Shown here: positions 8,377 through 15,723 of the stretch, piece after piece | How positions within the stretch are numbered: position 1 is the first letter of the stretch | Layout of the letters: each line of letters begins with the position of its first letter | IMG/VR virus record: IMGVR_UViG_3300014808_000002 | Source of the DNA: a virus | Reading direction: 5' to 3' (one strand) | DNA length: 36,052 nt | Program-made: the position numbers and the translations under genes | The notes under the pieces: model-generated | The model's database searches: none | What the model was told of the DNA's origin: nothing | The model's input: only the letters and a program-made list of their open reading frames with translations

Positions 8377-8522
8377 ACCTTTTCAAGAAATTGGACCGGC
8401 AACGAGCATACACCCTTCATATTAGGATATTTGACATCAGCATACCCGTTAGCGATATAAACGATTGTACCTGTCAGCGTATCACCTATCTCACGTACTT
8501 TATCACCTTTCTTCATAACCAT
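8373..8522 (-). CDS. Small hypothetical protein (49 aa)
   Basis: Hand translation gives MVMKKGDKVREIGDTLTGTIVYIANGYADVKYPNMKGVCSLPVQFLEKV. It shares an ATGA overlap with 8376 and starts 2 nt after the stop at 8524. Confidence 0.4.
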   Translation of the reverse strand: MVMKKGDKVREIGDTLTGTIVYIANGYADVKYPNMKGVCSLPVQFLEKV

Positions 8523-8523
8523 T

Positions 8524-8985
8524 TTACTTTAAGTTATTGAACATCTGCTCCATAATACCTACTTTGGCACGTAAATCATCGTCTTTAGCTTTTTGTTCTG
8601 TAGGAACATCCCTCACATTGTACATTATCATTTTTGTACCTTTGATGCTGCTGTCAACATCCCTTATAAGCATTTTATATGCCATGCTTGCTTGATCTTT
8701 TGGGTTCACTATTGTATAACCCTCGCCACGTGAATTTTTCATGTACATTTTATATTCATTCAACATAGTGGTACGTAATGTTTCAACCATTCCCATATAC
8801 ATGAATTGCAGCCTGTCCCTCTCTCTGTCATATTCCTCCGTGGTTTCAAAATTGGAAATGTCTGTTTCTTCAATTCCAAATTTTTCTCTCAACCATGAAT
8901 GGCTAATAAGCTGACCGCTTGAAAAGTTTTCAGCAACTTCCTCACAAAGAGATTCCCACATTTCATTATTTATTCTCATATCCAT
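8524..8985 (-). CDS. Hypothetical protein
   Basis: 153-aa track ORF. Confidence 0.65.
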   Translation of the reverse strand: MDMRINNEMWESLCEEVAENFSSGQLISHSWLREKFGIEETDISNFETTEEYDRERDRLQFMYMGMVETLRTTMLNEYKMYMKNSRGEGYTIVNPKDQASMAYKMLIRDVDSSIKGTKMIMYNVRDVPTEQKAKDDDLRAKVGIMEQMFNNLK

Positions 8986-9000
8986 TTTTGTTTAAAATTA

Positions 9001-9045
9001 GGTGTCACGCAAGGAATCGAACCTTGCTAAAAACCATTGTGACAC
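9001..9045 (-). ncRNA. tRNA-like acceptor/T-arm minihelix A (no D or anticodon arm)
   Basis: Minus strand reads GUGUCAC-AAUGGUUUUUA-GCAAGG-UUCGAUU-CCUUGC-GUGACAC-C. It has a 7-bp acceptor-like stem and a 6-bp stem carrying the consensus T-loop (GGTTCGATTCC). Confidence 0.5.
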
Positions 9046-9050
9046 TGGAA

Positions 9051-9115
9051 ACTACACTAAACTTTACTATACTTTACCAGACTTCACCACACTTTATCAC
9101 ACTGGACTGGACTTT
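9051..9115. repeat. 13 phased pentamers ACTNN (plus) = NNAGT (minus)
   Basis: ACT (or ACC/ATC) occurs at 9051, 9056, 9061 ... 9111 without any phase slip. Confidence 0.85.
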
Positions 9116-9120
9116 ATTAA

Positions 9121-9164
9121 GCACCTCACGGGAGAATCGAACTCCCGAAAATCCAAATGAGGTG
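9121..9164 (-). ncRNA. tRNA-like acceptor/T-arm minihelix B
   Basis: Minus strand reads CACCUCA-UUUGGAUUUU-CGGGAG-UUCGAUU-CUCCCG-UGAGGUG-C. The architecture matches A, but the stem sequences differ. Confidence 0.5.
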
Positions 9165-9179
9165 TCGGATTACTTGATG

Positions 9180-9234
9180 ACTATACTATACTTCACTGAA
9201 CTTGACTCCACTGAACTAGACTCTACTCCACTAT
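9180..9234. repeat. 11 phased pentamers ACTNN (plus) = NNAGT (minus)
   Basis: ACT occurs at 9180, 9185 ... 9230. All 11 triplets are perfect, and the tract abuts the stop codon of 9231..9800. Confidence 0.9.
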
Positions 9235-9800
9235 TTAATTTCTTCCACTTTAAAATGCCCATACATCCTTCGATAAGTGCCCACACCGTAACGCAAACCT
9301 GCAATATCGAATATTTCAATAACTTCTGTCTCGTCAAGTTGTGTTTCATCATAATAACAATCTATCATAGAACCCCACTCACTAATGATAGCACGGGTAG
9401 TGGTAATCTTCACATTTTTGATTCCTACTGCACGGATATCAACATACTTGCCGATTTCATACAGTTGTTCGGGGCTTTTATTCTTGTCTTTAAAATCAAG
9501 AGGACAGTCGTTGAATATGTGGAAACTGCGCTCAAACTTCTTTCCTAATTTCCTTTCTTTTGCAGCATTAATAACCGAATTTTCAAAATGGCAGGATGGA
9601 ATCACATACGCCCCATTGTTCACATAAAGACATGATAGGAATTTAATACGTGATATTTCCATCAAATCTTCTTCTGTTTTTGTCCTTTTGGATGTGAGAG
9701 GTTTCAACAACTTGGAATACTCGTTGAACGGATTTACTGTTTGAGGATTGTTTAACATCAACGGAGTAGTTCCTGTAATTTTTAATTTTAATTGTTTCAT
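9231..9800 (-). CDS. Hypothetical phage protein
   Basis: 189-aa track ORF (KLKITGTTPLMLNNPQ...). I cannot assign a family with confidence. Confidence 0.7.
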   Translation of the reverse strand: MKQLKLKITGTTPLMLNNPQTVNPFNEYSKLLKPLTSKRTKTEEDLMEISRIKFLSCLYVNNGAYVIPSCHFENSVINAAKERKLGKKFERSFHIFNDCPLDFKDKNKSPEQLYEIGKYVDIRAVGIKNVKITTTRAIISEWGSMIDCYYDETQLDETEVIEIFDIAGLRYGVGTYRRMYGHFKVEEIK

Positions 9801-9810
9801 AATTATCTAA

Positions 9811-10116
9811 TTATTGTGGCAATGGTTTCCAAAAATCAATGTCCCATGCCCGGTTAGTATTTCCACATATCCAAATGTTCTTCTTATGCTCACTATCGAA
9901 TACCAACATCCCGGTATTCACAAATTTCCCGGAACTCTTCACAAGCACTCTTGTGTCTAATGGTGGAGGATCTTTTTCTGCATTCCTCCATTTTATGGAT
10001 TCCAAAACAAATCGAGCACCTTTCTCAAAATCCACCGATGCTGTTCTTTTGTGCGTAATCCCATGTATACCATTTGCATACTCTCTGGCTTTCTCCTTTA
10101 TTATATTTATATCCAT
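9811..10116 (-). CDS. DUF551-like protein
   Basis: WRNAEKDPPPLDTRVLV...FWKPLP resembles the DUF551 W..PP..VLV pattern. Compare 34612..34983. Confidence 0.6.
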   Translation of the reverse strand: MDINIIKEKAREYANGIHGITHKRTASVDFEKGARFVLESIKWRNAEKDPPPLDTRVLVKSSGKFVNTGMLVFDSEHKKNIWICGNTNRAWDIDFWKPLPQ

Positions 10117-10136
10117 AATTTAACTTGTTTCCAATT

Positions 10137-10171
10137 AAAAAGCTCCTGTTATCTTCACAGACTACAGGAGC
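10137..10171 (-). terminator. Intrinsic terminator
   Basis: Minus strand reads GCUCCUGU-(14 nt)-ACAGGAGC followed by UUUUUAAUUGGAA. It lies 25 nt upstream of the start at 10116. Confidence 0.65.
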
Positions 10172-10395
10172 AAAACCTAAACGACTTTATTATGACAACC
10201 TACAGCCACCGTCAGCGGAATCGGACCGCCATACTATCCGTTAAATAAAAGTAGAGATTAGAACAGATAATTATTTATGCTTATTTCCTTAGACAGTACC
10301 AGCCATGGACGGTGAAATTCCGTACCTATATTCACACACCGGCACGGACAAATTATGCAATTAACATTATAAACACAAAAAACTAGATGAAAAAA

Positions 10396-10578
10396 TCATT
10401 CATATTCCTTTAACTCCTTATATGTCATTGTCACCAATCTCACACACAATAATGAGATAATAGAAAATATAATCACCGATACGGATTTAATAGGACTTTC
10501 CGTAACTATCGCACCATAAATCATTCCTAAGGAACATAGGGTGGCAAATATAGACAGGATAAAATTAGCTGTTTTCAT
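10396..10578 (-). CDS. Small membrane protein (2 predicted TM segments)
   Basis: 60-aa ORF with two hydrophobic stretches. Confidence 0.5.
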   Translation of the reverse strand: MKTANFILSIFATLCSLGMIYGAIVTESPIKSVSVIIFSIISLLCVRLVTMTYKELKEYE

Positions 10579-10663
10579 AATACAAATTTTTATATTGTTC
10601 CCCTCAACGGCTTAAACCGGTTGTTACCACGAATCTTACGGGAGGGAAGAAATAGTAATCAGA

Positions 10664-10876
10664 TCAAATCACTTTATGTTTCTCTATGTACCTTTGCAAT
10701 GAATTTACATTGTACCATACCATTCTCCCATCGCGACAAAACGATACTTGCCCACTCTCCCTAACTTTGCGTAGGTAGTCATCGGCACATCCTAAAAACG
10801 CCATGGCCTCTTCTCTGCTCAGCCATATCTTATTAACAGGTTGAACTTTCCCGGAATTTATATTTACCTTTTTCAT
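10664..10876 (-). CDS. Excisionase/MerR-type HTH (HTH_17-like) DNA-binding protein
   Basis: WLSREEAMAFLGCADDYLRKVRESGQVSFCRDGRMVWYNVNSLQRYIE. The start is set at MKKVNINSG because the upstream part of the track ORF lies inside a promoter-like inverted repeat. Confidence 0.6.
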   Translation of the reverse strand: MKKVNINSGKVQPVNKIWLSREEAMAFLGCADDYLRKVRESGQVSFCRDGRMVWYNVNSLQRYIEKHKVI

Positions 10877-10888
10877 TTTACTTCCTCT

Positions 10889-10922
10889 TAATAAATTTAG
10901 GCAATTATATACTATTTTACAC
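10889..10922. repeat. Left inverted repeat
   Basis: taataaatttaggcaattatatactattttacac is the reverse complement of 14113..14146, with 23 perfect positions followed by 9 of 11. Confidence 0.85.
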
Positions 10923-10980
10923 AAAAAAATAATATACAAGTTATTAATATATAATATAACCCGAAGTTTTTAGGTAAAAT

Positions 10981-11007
10981 AAAAAAGGCACTGAAATTTC
11001 AGTGCCT
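10981..11007 (-). terminator. Intrinsic terminator
   Basis: Minus strand reads AGGCACUGAAAUUUCAGUGCCU followed by UUUUU, after the stop at 11020. Confidence 0.6.
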
Positions 11008-11019
11008 ATATCGTTCTTT

Positions 11020-11472
11020 TTATTTCCACTGGCTTAAGCAATCTGGATGATCGCTTTTCACATTAGATTGAGTAGGGTGTGTCTTTTCATTGTTTATTTT
11101 GGGTGTAAGGGAAATGTTGTTCTTTTTAATATTGATGGATATTTCCTTAATAACGATAAAAAACGAGTGAAATAAAAATGCAGACAATAACACTGCGATA
11201 GATAAAGATATATAAATCCATCCATATCCGTTAGACCTATATGAGCTTGATTCTACAATTCCCATAATAAGGAGTATTATAGACCCTAAAACATTAATGA
11301 ATAATACAACCCCAGATATTATTGATAATCTGTTTTCGTGTTTAAACTGTCCATCTTCTGATGGGATGTTGTTAGGTGATACGTTGTTTTCCATACTTAC
11401 ATGTTTTTTTCTAGTGTTAACTGCTATTACAAATGCAGTTACAAAAATTATTAATATTATAATTAATTCCAT
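11020..11472 (-). CDS. Membrane protein (multi-TM)
   Basis: 150-aa ORF with an N-terminal TM segment and two further long hydrophobic segments. Confidence 0.6.
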   Translation of the reverse strand: MELIIILIIFVTAFVIAVNTRKKHVSMENNVSPNNIPSEDGQFKHENRLSIISGVVLFINVLGSIILLIMGIVESSSYRSNGYGWIYISLSIAVLLSAFLFHSFFIVIKEISINIKKNNISLTPKINNEKTHPTQSNVKSDHPDCLSQWK

Positions 11473-11490
11473 TGTTTAGTTATTTATTTT

Positions 11491-11910
11491 CTATTCCTGT
11501 TCAATTTTTCTTCCAAACAGTTCTACTTGAAATATGAATATCATGCTCCAATTTCCAATGAAACTACTATCCTTTTTAGCCGCATTAAATACTTTGGTAG
11601 CACCATCTACAATTTGAGTCACTTTTTGTGCTTTATCTAACAAAAAATATCTTTCTTGTCCACTTCTTACATATATATATCCAAATTCACCAGAACTATA
11701 CATACCCATATTATTTTTCCCTTCTATTGTAAATGAAGTTAAATAAATAGAATCATCAGAACGTATAACTTCGTAATCACTAAACTTAATAGAACTTGGG
11801 TCAATTGCCGTATCTTCAATTATTTTATCCAAATATTGCTCCGCTTCTTTTTCAAATGATTTACCACATGATAACAAAAATAGAATGGAAATCCACAATA
11901 ACCACTTCAT
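11491..11910 (-). CDS. Lipoprotein
   Basis: The signal peptide MKWLLWISILFLLSCGKS carries a lipobox Cys. Confidence 0.65.
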   Translation of the reverse strand: MKWLLWISILFLLSCGKSFEKEAEQYLDKIIEDTAIDPSSIKFSDYEVIRSDDSIYLTSFTIEGKNNMGMYSSGEFGYIYVRSGQERYFLLDKAQKVTQIVDGATKVFNAAKKDSSFIGNWSMIFIFQVELFGRKIEQE

Positions 11911-11936
11911 AATCTAATAGATTTATAATTTTGCAA

Positions 11937-11944
11937 CAAAAGTA
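11937..11944 (-). promoter_or_regulatory. Bacteroidota-type -7 box (TACTTTTG)
   Basis: It matches TAnnTTTG and lies 27 nt upstream of the ATG at 11910. No clear -33 TTTG is present. Confidence 0.35.
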
Positions 11945-12188
11945 TAAATAATAAGCTCCAAGCATACTCAATCTAAGTTATATTTATGTAATATTAACTA
12001 CTAATCATTGATATGTAAATTTGTATTTTTATATTTGCGGAAACAAAATGGATAAACAATGTTAATGAATTTAATAATTGTCGAGGGAGGAGGTATTTTT
12101 CAGTAATAAGAAAAAAAAGTAGGGGATACAAAAATATCCATTGATGATAAAACTTTAATAGGGTCAAATGAACCCTAATTATAAGAAA

Positions 12189-12210
12189 GACCGGAGTTGT
12201 TACTCCGGTC
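12189..12210 (-). terminator. Intrinsic terminator
   Basis: Minus strand reads GACCGGAGU-AACA-ACUCCGGUC followed by UUUCUUAU, 8 nt after the stop of the KilA-N gene. Confidence 0.65.
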
Positions 12211-12217
12211 ATATATT

Positions 12218-13084
12218 TCAATTTTCTTCAAATCCTATAATCTTGTCTATGCCTTTGTCAAAATCATCATTTGATCTTATTTCTTTTATTTCACATTTCT
12301 GAGCTTTTGGTAATTGAAGTACCATTTTTTGGAGATATGGTATTGCTTTTATATCTTTTTTTAAAAAATATTGTTCAGCTTTTTGCAATAACCATTCATT
12401 GTTAAAATGTTCTCTAAAATCTGGCAATAACTCATTAGGATATAATCTTACGTTAGGAATCTTTCTTCCATCTCCATACTCATGTATATATGTTGGAAAT
12501 GTTGATGGGTCTATATTTTTCTCCTTTCTAAGCCAGTTGCAAAAAACTTTTCCTTCTGATATGTCTGGAACAAGTTTATCAGGCAGTGTATATCCCATTT
12601 CTTCTAAAGGAGCTATTAAGCTATATACAATTTCATTAAATACAGAGAAATACCCAACAGGTATTCTTCCTCTGTTTAGTAAATATCGCTGTAGATGATA
12701 AGGTATATTTTTCTTACTGAAAGAACCTTGCATCCATTCAAATACCCATTTTGTAACAAGAACAGCAAATTTAGGAGATACCCATTGAGCTAAATGAATA
12801 GCTATTTGAGGGTGTACCCAAGTTCCTTGAAACTGAGGAATACCGCCACTAACTATCTGAATTAGAGCCGATATGGGAATTCTCACCTCGGAGGATAACT
12901 CAGCATTAAACTCCGATGTAGTCTTTAATCTTTTATAATCAGCAAAATTTTTACCACATGCTTTACATAAAGATGTAGCATTTATATATCCATCTATCAG
13001 TCTTTGATTGATGTGAAAGTTGTCAACTTCTCTATCTATTACTGCAAGTTGCATTTGGAAGTTAGGTTCTTTTTTTTTATCCAT
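12218..13084 (-). CDS. KilA-N domain protein
   Basis: GYINATSLCKACGKNFADYKRLKTTSEF...GTWVHPQIAIHLAQWVSPKFAVLVTKWV is a classical KilA-N signature. It overlaps the transposase stop by 8 nt. Confidence 0.8.
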   Translation of the reverse strand: MDKKKEPNFQMQLAVIDREVDNFHINQRLIDGYINATSLCKACGKNFADYKRLKTTSEFNAELSSEVRIPISALIQIVSGGIPQFQGTWVHPQIAIHLAQWVSPKFAVLVTKWVFEWMQGSFSKKNIPYHLQRYLLNRGRIPVGYFSVFNEIVYSLIAPLEEMGYTLPDKLVPDISEGKVFCNWLRKEKNIDPSTFPTYIHEYGDGRKIPNVRLYPNELLPDFREHFNNEWLLQKAEQYFLKKDIKAIPYLQKMVLQLPKAQKCEIKEIRSNDDFDKGIDKIIGFEEN

Positions 13085-14030
13085 ATATCAATTCTTTATA
13101 AGTTAATCTACATTCAATATTCTGCAAGAATAAATCAAACCTTTCTTTGTCTGATAATAAGCGAGTGTTAAAACGATACACACACTCGTCAATATAACGT
13201 TGCATGTGTTGTTTAGACCAATGGTAGTATATACCCATAATACTTCTTTTCACTAAAGCCCAAAATCCTTCGATGTGATTTGTCGTCAGATCACCACTAC
13301 CATAAAATCCTGCTCCATGATTTACATTTCTATGGTTGTAGTAAATATTAGCCCTATCACTATAATTCCATTCGTCTGTATAAAGATTACTACCTTCTTT
13401 CACGTAATTATGAATAACAGAGAAAAGGGTATTTGATTTTGTGTCAGAAACAACTTTAGCAATAATCCTACCATTACGTTGAATCATTCCGAATACAGGT
13501 ATTTTATCTTTGAAACTTCTACCTTGACAAGCCTTTACTTTCTTGTCTGCATGACGATTTTTATTCTTCCCACCAATAAAAGTTTCATCTACCTCAATAG
13601 TACCACTCAATTTACCACCATCACTGTCATTATTGTCATCTTCATTTGACTTATCGTTTTCTATACCTAAAGCCTTTCTGATCCTGTGAAGCATAAACCA
13701 TGCAGTTTTCTGAGTTACCCCAATATCTTTACTTAATTGTATTGAAGATATACCTTTTTTGTGGGATAATACAAGCCATATAGCCATAAACCAATAAATT
13801 AAAGGTAGGGAGGTTTTATGAAAAATAAGTTTAGTCTTAACATTAAAGTATTTTCCAGTGTTTTTACAACGATATTTATTATCTTTGCATTTGTAGACTT
13901 TGGAAGTAGGATCAAAAGGGGAAACGACCTTTACACCCCACCTTCTTTCTTCCAGATAATCTATACAGTGCTGTTCTGTTGGGAAAGCATCTTGTAAATC
14001 TTTTAATGATTTGAATCTACTATTAAACAT
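13077..14030 (-). CDS. IS1595-family transposase (Zn-ribbon plus DDE)
   Basis: The N-terminal CxxYLE..RW...C..C zinc ribbon, IEVDETFIGGKNKNRH and NHIEGFWALVKRSIMGIYYHWSKQHMQRYIDECVYRFN match ISXO2-like/IS1595 transposases. Confidence 0.85.
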   Translation of the reverse strand: MFNSRFKSLKDLQDAFPTEQHCIDYLEERRWGVKVVSPFDPTSKVYKCKDNKYRCKNTGKYFNVKTKLIFHKTSLPLIYWFMAIWLVLSHKKGISSIQLSKDIGVTQKTAWFMLHRIRKALGIENDKSNEDDNNDSDGGKLSGTIEVDETFIGGKNKNRHADKKVKACQGRSFKDKIPVFGMIQRNGRIIAKVVSDTKSNTLFSVIHNYVKEGSNLYTDEWNYSDRANIYYNHRNVNHGAGFYGSGDLTTNHIEGFWALVKRSIMGIYYHWSKQHMQRYIDECVYRFNTRLLSDKERFDLFLQNIECRLTYKELIYG

Positions 14031-14112
14031 AAGGCTTAGTTTTTAATTATGCCCCTAATATAGTAACTTTTTACACAAGATGCAAATATAATGCAGTATT
14101 TTTACATAATTG

Positions 14113-14146
14113 GTGTAAATTAATATATAATTGCCTAAATTTATTA
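14113..14146. repeat. Right inverted repeat
   Basis: gtgtaaattaatatataattgcctaaatttatta. It includes the stop codon (14144..14146) of the 68-aa ORF. Confidence 0.85.
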
Positions 14147-14350
14147 TCTGATTCTTGTTACAATGGTACCGTCAACACCACTTTTAGATATAAAATTATA
14201 ACCAATCTTATTCAGTCTTGACATAGTAGCACGTACAACATTTTCTTTTATAGCTTTACTTTTAATAAGCCTTGTTTCTCCGACTGCTATACTTTTTAAT
14301 GTTTCGGCAGGTGATATTTTTTTGATAACTATCGTATTAATATTTTCCAT
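14144..14350 (-). CDS. Hypothetical protein, first gene leftward of the switch region (Cro-position)
   Basis: 68-aa track ORF, divergent from the repressor gene. Confidence 0.5.
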   Translation of the reverse strand: MENINTIVIKKISPAETLKSIAVGETRLIKSKAIKENVVRATMSRLNKIGYNFISKSGVDGTIVTRIR

Positions 14351-14400
14351 TATATTTGTTTGTTATTTTATTTTTCTTTATGTTTGCGAACGCTGCCATT

Positions 14401-14473
14401 TAGCAACTTTGTTGATATCGTTGTTTATTAACAGCATTGCAAAGATAGATATTGTTGGTAATATAGCAACAAT
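14401..14473. promoter_or_regulatory. Candidate operator cluster in the divergent switch region
   Basis: Three CAAC/GTTG-based palindromes are present: CAACtttGTTG (14404..14414), TGTTtattAACA (about 14422..14433) and ATTGTTG-N9-CAACAAT (14451..14473). Confidence 0.4.
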
Positions 14474-14503
14474 ACAGTAGATATTTAACGTATAATTAAC
14501 ATT

Positions 14504-14941
14504 ATGGAAACAAGAGAACGTATTATTTCAGCTTACAACCATCTAAAAGATGTAGGTATTATATCATCTCAACAAAATGTTGCAGATAGAATGGGGATTA
14601 GAAAAGAAAGTGTATCTAAAGCGTTTAGTGGTAATAAAAGTTACCTAACCAATACTTTTATTCTTAAATTTAATAATGCTTTTGATAATATGTTTAATAA
14701 CGACTGGCTTATGGAAGGAAAAGGAGAAATGCTAAAAAACAATCAATCCATTGGAGATATCAAAAACTCAAGTGTACATGGGGTTAACGTAAACGGTAAG
14801 GATATATATTTAGAATGCCCATTCGACAAAAACGGTATGGAAATTATTGTGAATATGATTAATCAAAACCAAAAGAATATAGAAATGTTTCAAGAACAAA
14901 TAAACAGGTTGATTACATTATTGGAAAAGAAGTATAATTAA
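14504..14941 (+). CDS. CI-like phage repressor (HTH)
   Basis: SQQNVADRMGIRKESVSKAFSG forms the HTH, followed by the NDWLMEGKGEM motif typical of Bacteroidales phage repressors. It is the only plus-strand protein gene inside the minus arm apart from the small ORF at 31076..31210. Confidence 0.65.
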   Translation: METRERIISAYNHLKDVGIISSQQNVADRMGIRKESVSKAFSGNKSYLTNTFILKFNNAFDNMFNNDWLMEGKGEMLKNNQSIGDIKNSSVHGVNVNGKDIYLECPFDKNGMEIIVNMINQNQKNIEMFQEQINRLITLLEKKYN

Positions 14942-15209
14942 GAGTAAATAATGAATTACTATTTCTATTGTCAGAAGTACAACAATCAAGGTTAATTGAT
15001 AGAATACATTTCATGAAGAAGATTAAATTTAGTTTCTTCTAGTATTTCAAAACCTTTTCTTAATTCTTCTGATTCGATATGGCGTTTAGTGATTTTTCTT
15101 TTTCCCATAATGAGTAAATTAAAAATATGAATAAAAATAAAGTCATAAATGTTTTAAATGCGGCTAAAGCCAATAATGATTAAGCCGTGAGGAAACAGAG
15201 AGGATATGC

Positions 15210-15246
15210 GGAAAAGAAACGGATGCTGTACTTGCTTTCATCCGTT
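15210..15246 (-). terminator. Intrinsic terminator
   Basis: Minus strand reads AACGGAUG-(13 nt)-CAUCCGUU followed by UCUUUUCC, downstream of 15412..15693. Confidence 0.6.
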
Positions 15247-15411
15247 CCAGCGGAGTATGTGTGATGGGATAAGAGATAGAATCATATATGTTGATGAGAA
15301 TAAATACGAATTGCTACTTGAAAAGTTTAAACAGAAAAAGAAGAAAAACGTAATTGAGGTGATAAAATATGTTATTGAGATTATCACCTCTGCGATATCC
15401 AAACTTTGATA

Positions 15412-15693
15412 TCAATAGTGTCCTCTGAACTCGTCAAGTATTTCAGGATGCTTTTCGTGGATATATCTTATAAATTCGTCCACACTTGCATAATCGTTCT
15501 CTATTTGTTTGTCAATATCAACCTCAAAATGTTCGCAATGGAACTTATTGACGTATATATTGAAAAGGGAATGTTTGATAAAAGATTCAAGAATGTCAAT
15601 CTTATGTTGCAGAGAAGCGACAAATTGAAGGTCTGACAAGTTCTGTTTCGGTTCTTGTTCAATGTGACTTGCTGATTTAAATGGATTTTTCAT
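15412..15693 (-). CDS. Hypothetical protein
   Basis: 93-aa track ORF. Confidence 0.6.
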   Translation of the reverse strand: MKNPFKSASHIEQEPKQNLSDLQFVASLQHKIDILESFIKHSLFNIYVNKFHCEHFEVDIDKQIENDYASVDEFIRYIHEKHPEILDEFRGHY

Positions 15694-15723
15694 AATTCGT
15701 TCTTTGAAATGTTGTACAATCGG

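Larger units (their letters stand above)
10889..14146. mobile_element. Candidate IS1595-family cargo transposon bounded by 34-bp imperfect inverted repeats
   Basis: The inverted repeats lie at 10889..10922 and 14113..14146. The transposase start (14030) is 83 nt inside the right repeat. The interior also carries the KilA-N, lipoprotein and membrane protein genes with their own terminators. I found no clear target-site duplication. Confidence 0.45.

Noticed and set aside
9001-9164. Canonical tRNA genes (GGTTCGATTCC occurs twice on the minus strand)
   Set aside because: Only 10-11 nt separate the 5' acceptor strand from the T stem. There is no D arm or anticodon arm and no matching 5' acceptor strand further upstream. 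I report them as tRNA-like minihelices instead.
8919-9548. The 209-aa plus-strand ORF across the pentamer and minihelix region
   Set aside because: It is low-complexity translation of the repeats (TELDSTELDST). It runs antisense to a well-supported gene and has no coding-like composition.
11994-12221. The 75-aa minus-strand ORF
   Set aside because: It covers two terminator hairpins and a promoter region between the KilA-N and lipoprotein genes. Its composition is hydrophobic and low-complexity.
15206-15409. The 67-aa plus-strand ORF
   Set aside because: It spans a minus-strand terminator hairpin (15218..15246) and has no promoter or RBS context.
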